Source of the DNA: Gallionella sp. | GTDB taxonomy: Bacteria > Pseudomonadota > Gammaproteobacteria > Burkholderiales > Gallionellaceae | Assembly: GCA_023229845.1 (NCBI GenBank) | Contig: JALNYK010000008.1 | Coordinates: 13,781-77,780, forward strand | Direction: 5' to 3' | DNA length: 64,000 bases | Shown: positions 1 to 9,030 of the stretch, one piece after another | Position numbering within the stretch: position 1 is the stretch's first letter | How the letters are laid out: every line of letters starts with the position of its first letter | The notes under the pieces: model-generated | What the model saw: the letters and a program-made list of their open reading frames with translations, nothing else | What the model was told of the DNA's origin: nothing | The model's database searches: none | Program-made: the position numbers and the translations under genes

Positions 1-388
1 TGCCATCGGATTCCGTCCTGTCCGGCTTGATCGACAATGCCTTGGCCGCAAGCATGGCCTTGTCGGCGAGCGACAGTTGCAACGAACCCAGGTAGTGACG
101 CAGCCTGAGCGCGCTGTAGAGGTCGCCGTCGATGTCGACGAGCCCCTGGAAATAGGATTCGACGAGTTGCAGCGGATGGCGCGACAGGACCATATCCCGG
201 AAAGCCTTCGGGGAGCGGAAGACCAGCGAGAACTCCGGACAGCCGCGCCCCAGATGCACCTCGGTGCCATCCCAGAGACAGATGCAGACACATCCGTCGA
301 AATTCCGGAACAGACGCTGCAGGATTTGTCTGGCCGGACCGGTTCCGGGATTGCGGACTACAGAGTGACTTCCGTAAATGGTTGCCAT
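1..388 (-). CDS. SAM-dependent methyltransferase, cyclopropane-fatty-acyl-phospholipid synthase (Cfa)-like; N-terminal part, gene runs off the left edge
   Basis: Hand translation of the minus strand from ATG 388..386 (AAGGAG upstream) gives MATIYGSHSVVRNPGTGPARQILQRLFRNFDGCVCICLWDGTEVHLGRG...VESYFQGLVDIDGDLYSAL, open to position 1. It is absent from the ORF track because there is no stop in the window. The pattern resembles Cfa-family N-termini. Confidence 0.55.
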   Translation of the reverse strand, partial: MATIYGSHSVVRNPGTGPARQILQRLFRNFDGCVCICLWDGTEVHLGRGCPEFSLVFRSPKAFRDMVLSRHPLQLVESYFQGLVDIDGDLYSALRLRHYLGSLQLSLADKAMLAAKALSIKPDRTESDG

Positions 389-521
389 TTCACTGAACTC
401 CTTTCTCAATTGGCTAGAGAATCTCCGTTCAAATCAACTCAAAGGCAGACATAGCCGCCAAACTGCAAGCCGGGGTTTGCCCGGCAAAAAACCTTTTCCT
501 CCCGTCGCGGATGCCTGACTA

Positions 522-974
522 TCATTCGACCGAGAACACTCGCGGTTCCTGCCCGTTTCTGGAAACGGCATAGATCGTCAGGGTTCCCTTCTTCATCTCG
601 CCCATCCCCGGCGAATTCATCGGCATGCCGGGGGCGCTGATGCCGGTTATCGCAGGCTTCTCCTTCAGCAGCTTGCGGATGGCGCCGGCCGGCACATGCC
701 CTTCGACCACATAGCCGCCGACCAGTGCCGTGTGGCAACTGGCGATATGGGATACGCCATGGCGCTTCTTGACGGCATCCATATTGGATTCATTCACGGC
801 CGTCACCGCAAAACCGTTCTCGCGCAAATAGTCCACGTACTTCTCGCAGCAGCCGCAGGTAGGGCTCTTGTACAGGGTGACGGCGGTTGCGGCGAACGCT
901 GGGGTTGCGTTGAGGGACAAGACCAGCATGCCGATATGCAGCCAGTTGATCCGGGATTCTTTCTTGCGATGCAT
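522..974 (-). CDS. copG: DUF411/CopG-type periplasmic metal-binding protein (copper-resistance associated)
   Basis: 150 aa with a signal peptide ending PAFA. Carries the CGCC motif (YKSPTCGCCEKY), HTALVGGYVVEGHVP and a Met-rich GMPMNSPGMG stretch typical of DUF411. Lies in the cus island. Confidence 0.8.
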   Translation of the reverse strand: MHRKKESRINWLHIGMLVLSLNATPAFAATAVTLYKSPTCGCCEKYVDYLRENGFAVTAVNESNMDAVKKRHGVSHIASCHTALVGGYVVEGHVPAGAIRKLLKEKPAITGISAPGMPMNSPGMGEMKKGTLTIYAVSRNGQEPRVFSVE

Positions 975-976
975 GG

Positions 977-1675
977 TTACGCTCCTTGGTTAGCCTGGCT
1001 GCGATGCCAGGTGAAATGTTCATAGATGCCCGCCCAGTACAGCCCGAAGGCAAAACCGAAAGCGAGTTCCTCCAATGGAATGCTGCCCAGCAGCACTCCG
1101 GAAATGTCCGGCAGATTCCACACCCGCTCGATGTAGCCCGGCGCAAAAATAACCAGCAACAGCATGAAGATTGCGTACAGCAACAAAAACAGCATACCGC
1201 CGACCAGGGTATTGCGCAGCAAGTCAGGACGGCACAGCACGTTGGCAACGCCGCCGATTGCCAGTGAGACGATGCCAGGATAAATCGGGTTCCACGGCAG
1301 GAAATACAGTGCAGGGAAAACGAGGAACGGCAGCGCAATGGCGAGGCGATGCCAGCGGTGGCGCCCGTTGTGCCGCTCTGCATGCGGTACAACGAAAAGT
1401 GCCCGGTTTGCAAGCGCGTTGTACATGACGGCACCGATGCCACCAATCGCGAAACAGAAGACCAGGCTTTCGATGTCGAAGCCCGTGCGCTGGGCAAGGT
1501 CGAACAGGCTCGGCGGGTTCCAGTATTCCGGCACGAAGACCGGCTCGCTGAGACCGAGCAAGCTGGTCGCCAAGCTGATGCGCAGCATCTTCTGCCGGAA
1601 AGCAGGCTTGAAGAAATACAGCAACGCCCAGGGAACCAGGAACGCGCCAGACCAGATCAACCAGATGTATTGCAT
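977..1675 (-). CDS. Polytopic membrane protein with lycopene-cyclase-like domain (function here unknown)
   Basis: Hydrophobic throughout, with a PLEELAFGF motif reminiscent of the CrtY c/d lycopene cyclase domain. Start set at MQYIWL (1675) to avoid overlap with the upstream gene; the ORF could extend to 1723. Confidence 0.55.
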   Translation of the reverse strand: MQYIWLIWSGAFLVPWALLYFFKPAFRQKMLRISLATSLLGLSEPVFVPEYWNPPSLFDLAQRTGFDIESLVFCFAIGGIGAVMYNALANRALFVVPHAERHNGRHRWHRLAIALPFLVFPALYFLPWNPIYPGIVSLAIGGVANVLCRPDLLRNTLVGGMLFLLLYAIFMLLLVIFAPGYIERVWNLPDISGVLLGSIPLEELAFGFAFGLYWAGIYEHFTWHRSQANQGA

Positions 1676-1680
1676 GCCGA

Positions 1681-1980
1681 TCACTTGACTTGGTGCCTGC
1701 TGCAGCACTGCCCGGAACCACACCCGGGACTACACAGGAAAAAGTTGTACAGTGGCACCCAGATCAGCGCGAAATACCAGCCGTAGCCATAGCTCTCGAT
1801 CAACCCCAGCCAGAAGCTGGACCAGCTGATCCACTCGAATCCCGGCAGCAACTTGCGCCATGCATCGTACATGGCGTGCTGCGGAAAAAGCAGGTCGAAC
1901 GCCACGCAGAGGACGAAAGTAATCGCCAGGAACAGGCCGGTCGCCTGTCCTACCGCATAAAACGAGAGTCCGTTTTTCAT
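1681..1980 (-). CDS. Small membrane protein (DUF5676-like) with Cys-rich C-terminus
   Basis: Internal ATG of ORF 1681..2211 at 1980. The 99-aa product MKNGLSFYAVGQATGLFLAITFVL... has 3 hydrophobic helices and a CSPGCGSGQCC tail. The 4-nt overlap with the YHS gene stop suggests coupling. Confidence 0.5.
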   Translation of the reverse strand: MKNGLSFYAVGQATGLFLAITFVLCVAFDLLFPQHAMYDAWRKLLPGFEWISWSSFWLGLIESYGYGWYFALIWVPLYNFFLCSPGCGSGQCCSRHQVK

Positions 1981-2273
1981 GACAATTCCTTTCCTTTTTC
2001 CAAATACTGTTGAGGATCGGCCTCGAATTTGTCGAGGCAGTTCCTCGAACAGAAATGATAAAGCGTGCCCTGATGCACTTTCGTGTAACCGCTGTCCGTC
2101 GCGACCTGCATGCCGCAGACCGGATCGACGCCACCACCATCCGCCGCACCGTGCCCGGCATGCTCGCCGTGCTGATGGCCGTGGCCGCCGTGGCCAATGT
2201 GAGCGCCGCAACCAAAACGCATCATCAGGAAAAACACCACCGCAACCAGTAACAGTGAAAACAATCCTTCCAT
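1977..2273 (-). CDS. YHS-domain metal-binding protein with N-terminal TM helix and His/Gly-rich tract
   Basis: Start at MEGLF (AAGGAG upstream). Contains HIGHGGHGHQHGEHAGHG followed by DPVCGMQV...YHFCSRNCLDKF, the YHS/TRASH signature. Confidence 0.8.
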   Translation of the reverse strand: MEGLFSLLLVAVVFFLMMRFGCGAHIGHGGHGHQHGEHAGHGAADGGGVDPVCGMQVATDSGYTKVHQGTLYHFCSRNCLDKFEADPQQYLEKGKELS

Positions 2274-2296
2274 GATTTTCTCCTTCTTGATGGTTA

Positions 2297-2327
2297 AACC
2301 TATGGAACCGGCGGACGGTTGCAGCAA
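2297..2327 (-). promoter_or_regulatory. Possible MerR/CueR-style promoter (TTGCTG, 19-bp spacer, TAGGTT) with an AACCG-N5-CGGTT dyad in the spacer
   Basis: The minus strand reads TTGCTGcaaccgtccgccggttccaTAGGTTTAACC about 24 nt upstream of the YHS gene ATG. A 19-bp spacer plus internal dyad is the MerR-family architecture, and the GGTTTAACC segment resembles what I recall of E. coli PcopA. No regulator gene lies in the window. Confidence 0.25.
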
Positions 2328-2375
2328 GCAGCGTTCTTCCTGATCTCGCTTTCCTCTACATTCATCCTTTGATAA

Positions 2376-2813
2376 CTATTCGAAATTTACCGGGAATGCC
2401 GCACCTGCTTGATCCGTGCAAAAGCCAGCGGGTTTGGCGCCAAATTTCCATATCAAACTACACGATAGTCCTTGCCCATCATCTGACTTGGCAGTTGTCT
2501 CAGCACAATACGTCACATGACTGTTATCAAGACCGGAAAAGATCCGGTCCCAGCGCTTCGGATTGGAAAAATAATAACGTTTGCGCAGCTCTCCCAAATG
2601 GAGATGACGCTCGACAGCAAATCCATGAGCCTCGTAACGCCGGTTCGACATCTCCAGCACGAGATGATTGTCTTTCCCTCGTTCGTGGTCATGAATCAAC
2701 TCCCCGGCAGTGAATGACTTCCCGTCACTTCTGACCATTTGATGAACATGGGCGGGATTGGCGCACCCGGTCATCCACAAAACGGCCAGCATGCTTAAAC
2801 AAAATGTTTTCAT
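2376..2813 (-). CDS. Hypothetical lipoprotein
   Basis: Start at MKTFCLSMLAVLWMTGC (lipobox LWMTGC). 145 aa, with no recognised domain. Confidence 0.55.
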   Translation of the reverse strand: MKTFCLSMLAVLWMTGCANPAHVHQMVRSDGKSFTAGELIHDHERGKDNHLVLEMSNRRYEAHGFAVERHLHLGELRKRYYFSNPKRWDRIFSGLDNSHVTYCAETTAKSDDGQGLSCSLIWKFGAKPAGFCTDQAGAAFPVNFE

Positions 2814-2957
2814 CGCATTTCCTTCCACTAAATAACCAGTAGTGCTGCGGCGCAAGAAAAATCAGACGCCACATGGCCAACACGCCAAGGATTCAGTTCC
2901 ACTTTTTTTGCTTTTTCCTGCTCGGGCATGACCGTTTCATATTTCTCTATACTCCGT

Positions 2958-3311
2958 TCAGCGTTTGCGCTCAATGCGGGTAATTGCCCATTTTTTCGAC
3001 TGGGTTTGTTCCAGCTCGAAACGCACGCTGTCGCCCACCATTACCTCCTTGGGCAACGGCTCGCGCAACGCGAACCACATGGTCATCGCCGGCCAGCCTA
3101 GCGAGGGTATCGCTTCGTGTGCGAGTTGCACCTTGCCCGCTTCCGTGTTCACTGCTTTAAGCACGCCGTAACCTTCATGCTTCACTATCTGGCTGGCAGT
3201 GCGCTGCATTTCCAGGCCGGGCGATGGCGTTGCGGCACATGCTGCGCCCGCCATCGCAGCCGTTGCGGCCATGGCGATCATCAGCGTCAGGGATAAATTT
3301 ACTGTTTTCAT
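2958..3311 (-). CDS. cusF: Periplasmic copper chaperone CusF
   Basis: 117 aa with a signal peptide. The AHEAIPSLGWPAMTMWF motif matches the CusF His/Trp/Met-Met Cu(I) site (HxxIxxxxWPxMTMxF). Confidence 0.8.
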   Translation of the reverse strand: MKTVNLSLTLMIAMAATAAMAGAACAATPSPGLEMQRTASQIVKHEGYGVLKAVNTEAGKVQLAHEAIPSLGWPAMTMWFALREPLPKEVMVGDSVRFELEQTQSKKWAITRIERKR

Positions 3312-3387
3312 CGATCTTCCTTTCATGCATTGATGTCCTTCATCCCACCCGCCCTCCGGCACTCCATCGGGCAGCCGAACCACTGCT

Positions 3388-3645
3388 TCAGTGCTTCTCT
3401 TTCATATGGTCGTGCCGGTCTTTTGACATTTCCTTGTCCATATGCGGTGCCGATTCGTTCATCGGCACGTTGGTCTTTTCTTCCATATGGCTATGTTTCT
3501 TTACCGGCTTCTTCACCATTTTTTTCGCCTCGCCCTGTTCGGCGGTTACAGCTTCAGGCTTCTCCGCTTCGGCGGCGATTGCAGTTGCGATCGCGCCAGC
3601 AAACATCGCCAGGGTGGCGGCCAGTAATGTCGATTTCAGTTTCAT
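3388..3645 (-). CDS. Small secreted Lys/His/Met-rich protein (MxKDx-repeat-like)
   Basis: 85 aa. Signal peptide MKLKSTLLAATLAMFAGAIATAIA, then a KKMVKKPVKKHSHMEEK...HMDKEMSKDRHDHMKEKH tail. TAGGAG lies upstream. Confidence 0.6.
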   Translation of the reverse strand: MKLKSTLLAATLAMFAGAIATAIAAEAEKPEAVTAEQGEAKKMVKKPVKKHSHMEEKTNVPMNESAPHMDKEMSKDRHDHMKEKH

Positions 3646-3771
3646 TTTGTGCTCCTAAAAAGTTTGGTTGGTTGAATGTGCTGCAACTGACCTGAAAAAA
3701 TGCGCTGGCTTGGTACCTCCTTTTGAAAAAATAAATTGAAGAAGTCTTCACATGAAGGACAAGGAAAAAAT

Positions 3772-4287
3772 TCAATGCGCGTGATCGTGTTCATGCCCAA
3801 CCTCATCGTGCGGCGCCATGTCTTGCACGGCATGAGCCTCCGGCAAAGCCATGACACCCAGCCCATGGCGATACACCAGTTCGGCACCGTGCCACGCCGT
3901 GCTTGTCACCAGCAACCATGCCGCAACCAGCAATCCCAGAAAGCTTGACGATGGCATCTTGCGAAAACGTCCGCGCCATACATCCCAGGCTGTGAGTGCA
4001 AGCAATGCGGCCAACGCGCCCAGCGCCCAGTTGCGGTGCAGGGTCATGGCCGCATGGCTCACTTCATCATGCGCAACGCCGTTGAAAGCGAACCAGCCAA
4101 ACGCAGCGGCGACGAGTGCGGACAATGCCGCGCCCCACAACATCCAGCGCCCCGTCATCCGGCACTGCGCCGCATAAGACCAATTCCCGAATAACGTGCC
4201 AACGGCGGTGAAGGCCAGCGCCGCCGTAGTAAATGCGATGGGGAAATGCACCAATGCCGGGTGCCAGTTTGGAATAATTTCGATCAT
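3772..4287 (-). CDS. DUF2231-type membrane protein with His-rich C-terminus, translationally coupled to cusA
   Basis: N-terminus NWHPALVHFPIAF is the DUF2231 signature. Four TM helices and a C-terminal HDEVGHEHDHAH tail. ATGA overlap with the cusA stop. Confidence 0.7.
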   Translation of the reverse strand: MIEIIPNWHPALVHFPIAFTTAALAFTAVGTLFGNWSYAAQCRMTGRWMLWGAALSALVAAAFGWFAFNGVAHDEVSHAAMTLHRNWALGALAALLALTAWDVWRGRFRKMPSSSFLGLLVAAWLLVTSTAWHGAELVYRHGLGVMALPEAHAVQDMAPHDEVGHEHDHAH

Positions 4288-7200
4288 GATTTCGTGCCCT
4301 TATTGAGAAGATTGATTTCGCGCGCCTTGATCAAGGCATACAGCACCGGTATCACCAGCAGCGTCAGCACCGCCGATGAGACCATGCCGCCGACCATGGG
4401 CGCAGCGATGCGGCGCATCACTTCGGAGCCGGTGCCGCTGCTCCACAAGATGGGCAGCAGGCCGGCCATGATCGCCACCACCGTCATCATCTTGGGGCGC
4501 ACGCGTTCCACGGCGCCCTCCATGATGGCCGCATGCAGATCGGCGGCGGCCGGTTTGCGGCCTTCGCTGGCGCAGCGTGATTGAACTTCCTGCCATGCCT
4601 TCTCCAGATAGATCAGCATCACCACGCCGGTCTCTGCCGCGACGCCGGCCAGCGCGATGAAGCCCACCGCGACCGCGACGCTCAGGTTGTAGTCCAGCAG
4701 CCACAGCAGCCACACGCCGCCGACCAGCGCGAACGGCACGGACAACATCACCACCATCGACTCAGTGATGCGTCTGAAGTTGAGATACAGCAACAGGAAG
4801 ATCAGCAGCAGGGTGATCGGGATCACGATCTTCATCTTTGCCGCGGCGCGTTCCATGTATTCGAACTGCCCGCTCCAGGTCGCGTAGTAGCCGGGCGGGA
4901 ACTTCACCTGCTCGGCCACCGCACGGCGCGCCTCGGCCACGTAGGAGCCGATGTCGCGGTCGCGGATGTCGACGTAGATGTAGGCGGACAGCAGTGCGTT
5001 CTCGGTGCGGATCGAAGGCGCGCCCTTGGCTATACTGATGCGTGCGAGTTGGCCGAGCGGGATCATCGCCCCGTCCATCGTCGGAACCAGCACCTCGCGC
5101 GCGATCTGCTCCGGCGTGCCGCGCAACTCGCGCGGGTAGCGGATATTCACGCCGAAGCGCTCCAGCCCTTCCACGGTGGTGGTGACGTTCTCGCCGCCCA
5201 GCGCGGTGGCGATCACCTCCTGCACCTCGCCCACCGTCAGGCCGTAACGTGCCAAAGCCTGCCGGTCCGGTTCGATGTTCAGATAGAAACCGCCGGTGAT
5301 GCGCTCGGCGAAGGCGCTGCTGGTGCCCGGCACCTTGCGCACCACTGCCTCGATTTCCTTCGCGACGCGTTCCATCTCGTCCAGGTTCTTGCCGTACACC
5401 TTGATGCCGATGGGCGTGCGTATGCCGGTGGAGAGCATGTCGATGCGCGCCTTGATCGGCATGGTCCAAGAGTTAGCCACACCGGGAAATTGCAGCGCGC
5501 GATCCATCTCGGCGATCAGCTTGTCGGTGTCCATGCCGGGCCTCCATTCCTCCTGCGGCTTGAGGTTGATCACCGTCTCGAACATCTCTAGCGGCGCGGG
5601 ATCGGTGGCGGTCTGCGCGCGCCCCGCCTTGCCATACACCGAGGCGACCTCGGGGAAGCTCTTGATGATCTTGTTCTGCGTCTGCAGCAGCTCGGCCGCC
5701 TTGGTCACCGACATGCCGGGCAGCGACGCGGGCATGTAGAACAGCGTGCCCTCGTTCAGCGTCGGCATGAACTCACTGCCCAGCTTCATCGCCGGATATA
5801 CGCTCAACAGCAGCGCCAGCGCGGCGACGGCTAGCGTGGTCTTCTTCGCTTGCAGCACGCCGGCGATCAGCGGACGGTAGATCGCGATCATCCAGCGATT
5901 CAGCGGATTCTCCGCTTCCGATTTGATGTGGCCGCGGATGAACAGCAGCATCAGCACCGGCACCAGCGTCACCGACAGCAAGGCTGCTCCCGCCATCGCG
6001 AAGGTCTTGGTGAATGCCAGCGGCGCGAACAGCCGCCCTTCTTGCGCCTCCAGCGTGAACACCGGCAGGAAGGACACGGTGATGATGAGCAGCGAGAAGA
6101 ACAGCGCGGGGCCGACTTCCTTGCAGGCGGCGATCATCGCTTCCGCGCGCGACTCGCCTTCCTTCATTCGTTCCAGATGCTTATGCGCGTTCTCTATCAT
6201 CACGATCGCCGCATCCACCATTGCGCCGATGGCGATGGCTATCCCGCCCAGGCTCATGATGTTGGAGTTCAGGTTCAGGAAACGCATCGCGATGAAGGCG
6301 ATCAGCACGCCTATCGGCAGCATGACGATGGCGACCAGCGCACTGCGCGCATGCATCAGGAACACCATGCACACTGCTGCCACGATCAGACCTTCTTCGA
6401 GCAAGGTCGTCTTCAACGTAGCGATGGCGCGCTGGATCAGTTCTGACCGGTCGTACACCGCCTGTATGGTCACGCCCTCCGGCAGTCCGGGGGTGATCTC
6501 GGCGATCTTGTCCTTGATATTCCGGATCACCTCCAGCGCATTCTGACCGTAGCGCGCCATCGCGATGCCGGACACGACCTCGCCTTCGCCGTTCAGTTCC
6601 GCGAGGCCGCGCCGCTCGTCCGGCCCGAGTTCGACGCGCGCGATGTCGCGCAGCAGCACCGGCGTGCCGCGCTCGGCCTTCACCACGAGGTTCTCGATGT
6701 CGCCACGGCCGGTGAGGTAGCCCTTGCCGCGCACCATGTATTCGGTCTCGGCCATCTCCACCACGCGCCCGCCGACGTCGCGGTTGCTGTCGCGTATCAC
6801 CTGTGCGACCTTGCTGAGCGGGATGTCGTAGGCGCGCAGCTTCACCGGATCGACCGTGACCTGGTACTGCTGCACGAAGCCGCCGATGGAGGCGACTTCG
6901 GCGACGCCGTGCGCCTTGGTGAGCTGATAGCGCAGATACCAGTCCTGCATCGTGCGCAGCTCGGCGAGGTTGTGTTTCTCGCTGAGTACCGCGTACTGGT
7001 ACACCCAGCCCACGCCGCTGGCGTCCGGCCCGAGTTGCGGCGACACGCCCTTGGGCATGCGACCGGCGATGCTGTTGAGGTATTCCAGCACGCGCGAACG
7101 CGCCCAGTAGATGTCGGTGCCGTCCTCGAAGATCACGTACACGAACGACGCGCCGAAGAACGAGAAGCCGCGCACCACTTTCGATTTCGGCACGGACAGC

Positions 7201-7418
7201 ATCGCCGTGGTGAGCGGATAGGTGACCTGGTCTTCCACCACCTGCGGCGCCTGCCCCGAGTACTCGGTGTAGACGATCACCTGCACGTCGGACAGGTCGG
7301 GCAACGCATCCAGCGGCGTCTTGACCACCGCGTAGATGCCCGCCAGCGTGATGAACAGGGTTGCGAGCAACACCAGAAAGCGGTTGCGCGCCGACCAATC
7401 GATAAGGTTGGAGAGCAT
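4284..7418 (-). CDS. cusA: Heavy-metal efflux RND pump, CusA/SilA family
   Basis: 1044 aa. The N-terminus MLSNLIDWSARNRFLVLLATL...DALPDLSDVQVIVYTEYSGQAPQVVEDQVTYPLTT is typical of CusA. 12-TM RND layout. Confidence 0.95.
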   Translation of the reverse strand: MLSNLIDWSARNRFLVLLATLFITLAGIYAVVKTPLDALPDLSDVQVIVYTEYSGQAPQVVEDQVTYPLTTAMLSVPKSKVVRGFSFFGASFVYVIFEDGTDIYWARSRVLEYLNSIAGRMPKGVSPQLGPDASGVGWVYQYAVLSEKHNLAELRTMQDWYLRYQLTKAHGVAEVASIGGFVQQYQVTVDPVKLRAYDIPLSKVAQVIRDSNRDVGGRVVEMAETEYMVRGKGYLTGRGDIENLVVKAERGTPVLLRDIARVELGPDERRGLAELNGEGEVVSGIAMARYGQNALEVIRNIKDKIAEITPGLPEGVTIQAVYDRSELIQRAIATLKTTLLEEGLIVAAVCMVFLMHARSALVAIVMLPIGVLIAFIAMRFLNLNSNIMSLGGIAIAIGAMVDAAIVMIENAHKHLERMKEGESRAEAMIAACKEVGPALFFSLLIITVSFLPVFTLEAQEGRLFAPLAFTKTFAMAGAALLSVTLVPVLMLLFIRGHIKSEAENPLNRWMIAIYRPLIAGVLQAKKTTLAVAALALLLSVYPAMKLGSEFMPTLNEGTLFYMPASLPGMSVTKAAELLQTQNKIIKSFPEVASVYGKAGRAQTATDPAPLEMFETVINLKPQEEWRPGMDTDKLIAEMDRALQFPGVANSWTMPIKARIDMLSTGIRTPIGIKVYGKNLDEMERVAKEIEAVVRKVPGTSSAFAERITGGFYLNIEPDRQALARYGLTVGEVQEVIATALGGENVTTTVEGLERFGVNIRYPRELRGTPEQIAREVLVPTMDGAMIPLGQLARISIAKGAPSIRTENALLSAYIYVDIRDRDIGSYVAEARRAVAEQVKFPPGYYATWSGQFEYMERAAAKMKIVIPITLLLIFLLLYLNFRRITESMVVMLSVPFALVGGVWLLWLLDYNLSVAVAVGFIALAGVAAETGVVMLIYLEKAWQEVQSRCASEGRKPAAADLHAAIMEGAVERVRPKMMTVVAIMAGLLPILWSSGTGSEVMRRIAAPMVGGMVSSAVLTLLVIPVLYALIKAREINLLNKGTKS

Positions 7419-7419
7419 G

Positions 7420-9030
7420 TCAGTGTCCCTCGTGCTGCGGCATCGCCCGCAATTTGGTGATCACCCATACGCCTTCGCCGCGCTCGACGAGTTCGAACGT
7501 GATCGCATTGCCCGGTTTAATGCCTTGCGCGAGCGAAGAATTGGCCAGTTCGAAATCCATCGTCATGCCCGGCCAGCCCAGCGACTCGATCGGTTCATGG
7601 GTAATGCTGACCGTGCCGTCGGCGTTGACCGTCTCCAGCGTGCCTTGCGCCTGATGCCCCACCGTTTTGGCGGGTAGGTCGGGCCTAAGCCCGACTTTTC
7701 TGTCCTGATAGGTATCCACTTGCCCGTTAGCGGGTTGGGTCGAAAGACTAGCTGTTTCATCGGATTGTCGGGCTGAAGCCCGACCTACATTGACTGAAGA
7801 TGCTGCGGCTGACAGACCGGACAACGCCGCCTTCAGATTGCTCTCCGCATCGATCAGGAAGTTGGCCGAGGTCACCACCTGTTCGCCTTCTTTAACACCG
7901 GAGAGCACCTCGACATAATCGTCGCCGCGTATGCCTAGCGTGACGGTACGCGGCTCGAAACGCCCCTCGGCCAGTTGCACCAGCACGACTTGCCGCACAC
8001 CGCTGTCGATCACCGCCGATGTCGGCACGGTCAGCACCTGACTGGCGCCGCCCACCGGCAGCTCGACCTGCGCGAACATCGCAGGCTTGAGCAAGCCCCG
8101 CGGATTGGCGAGCTCCGCCCGCACTTGCACCGTGCGCGTCGCGCTGTTCAGCGTCGGATAGACGAAGGCTATCTTGCCGTCGAAACGTTGCTCCGGATAA
8201 GCATCGACTTTGACCCGCACCGCATCGCCCGCCTTGATCCCGGCGATGTCCTGTTCGGCGACATCGGCGACGACCCACACCGTGGACAGGTCGGCGATAC
8301 GGTACAGTTCTTCGCCCGGCATGAAGCGCATGCCCTGCACCGCCCGCTTCTCCAGCACGACGCCGGTGACCGGCGCATGGAAGGTCACGCGGTTGCCGTT
8401 CACCCGGCCATCCGCGATGTCCCAGTTCTTCAACCGCGCGGCGCTGGATTCGGCGAGGCGCCGCATGCCGTCGCGCGCCTCGTCATCCGCATCCTTCAAC
8501 GCGTCTATGCCCTGTGCGGCGAGTTCGCGTTCGCGCCGTGCCGAGAGTAGTTCCGGACTGTATACCTCGAACAGCGGCTGGCCCTTGGCGACCGCCTGGC
8601 CCGTGGTGTTCACGTACAGTCGTTCCACCCAGCCTTCAAATTTGGGCGCAACGACGAAGGTGCGGCGCTCGTTGATCTCGATACGCCCGACCGCGCGCAA
8701 CGTCTTGTCCAGCACGCGCATCGCCGCCGCCTCGCTCTTCACGCCCAGCTTCTGCACCTTGTCGGTGCTGATGCTTATCTGGTTCGCTCCGCCCTGCTCC
8801 GCATCGCCCTCGTATACCGGCACATAGTCCATGCCCATCGCGTCCTTCTTGGGCACCGGCGAAGTGTCCGGCAGCCCCATCGGGTTGCGGTAGTACAGCA
8901 GCTTGCGCTCGGCCTTGCCCACGACGGTTTCCGATGACGGTGCAGCGGAGCGCGTACCCAGCCAGTAGCCGCCCGCGGCCACGCCCAGCAACGCCAGCAC
9001 GGCAATGAGTATCCGGTAATTCTTTTTCAT
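7420..9030 (-). CDS. cusB: Efflux membrane-fusion protein CusB with C-terminal CusF-like domain
   Basis: Start at MKKNYRILIAVLALLG (ATGA overlap with the cusC stop); the 381-nt upstream extension of the ORF is Arg/Ala/Gly-rich noise. The C-terminal 80 aa contain ITHEPIESLGWPGMTMDFEL, the CusF motif. Confidence 0.9.
   Translation of the reverse strand: MKKNYRILIAVLALLGVAAGGYWLGTRSAAPSSETVVGKAERKLLYYRNPMGLPDTSPVPKKDAMGMDYVPVYEGDAEQGGANQISISTDKVQKLGVKSEAAAMRVLDKTLRAVGRIEINERRTFVVAPKFEGWVERLYVNTTGQAVAKGQPLFEVYSPELLSARRERELAAQGIDALKDADDEARDGMRRLAESSAARLKNWDIADGRVNGNRVTFHAPVTGVVLEKRAVQGMRFMPGEELYRIADLSTVWVVADVAEQDIAGIKAGDAVRVKVDAYPEQRFDGKIAFVYPTLNSATRTVQVRAELANPRGLLKPAMFAQVELPVGGASQVLTVPTSAVIDSGVRQVVLVQLAEGRFEPRTVTLGIRGDDYVEVLSGVKEGEQVVTSANFLIDAESNLKAALSGLSAAASSVNVGRASARQSDETASLSTQPANGQVDTYQDRKVGLRPDLPAKTVGHQAQGTLETVNADGTVSITHEPIESLGWPGMTMDFELANSSLAQGIKPGNAITFELVERGEGVWVITKLRAMPQHEGH
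7674..7788. repeat. REP doublet (GTAGGTCGGGC..GCCCGAC / GTCGGGC..GCCCGACCTAC) lying inside the cusB reading frame
   Basis: GTAGGTCGGGCCTAAGCCCGAC at 7674-7695 and its inverted partner GTCGGGCTGAAGCCCGACCTAC at 7767-7788. The same family occurs at 29315-29391, 62329-62374 and 62942-62987. Confidence 0.85.

Noticed and set aside
77-454. 125-aa plus-strand ORF at the left edge
   Set aside because: It is antisense to a better-supported minus-strand gene (1..388) that has a good RBS and a Cfa-like N-terminus. The plus-strand product has no recognisable features.
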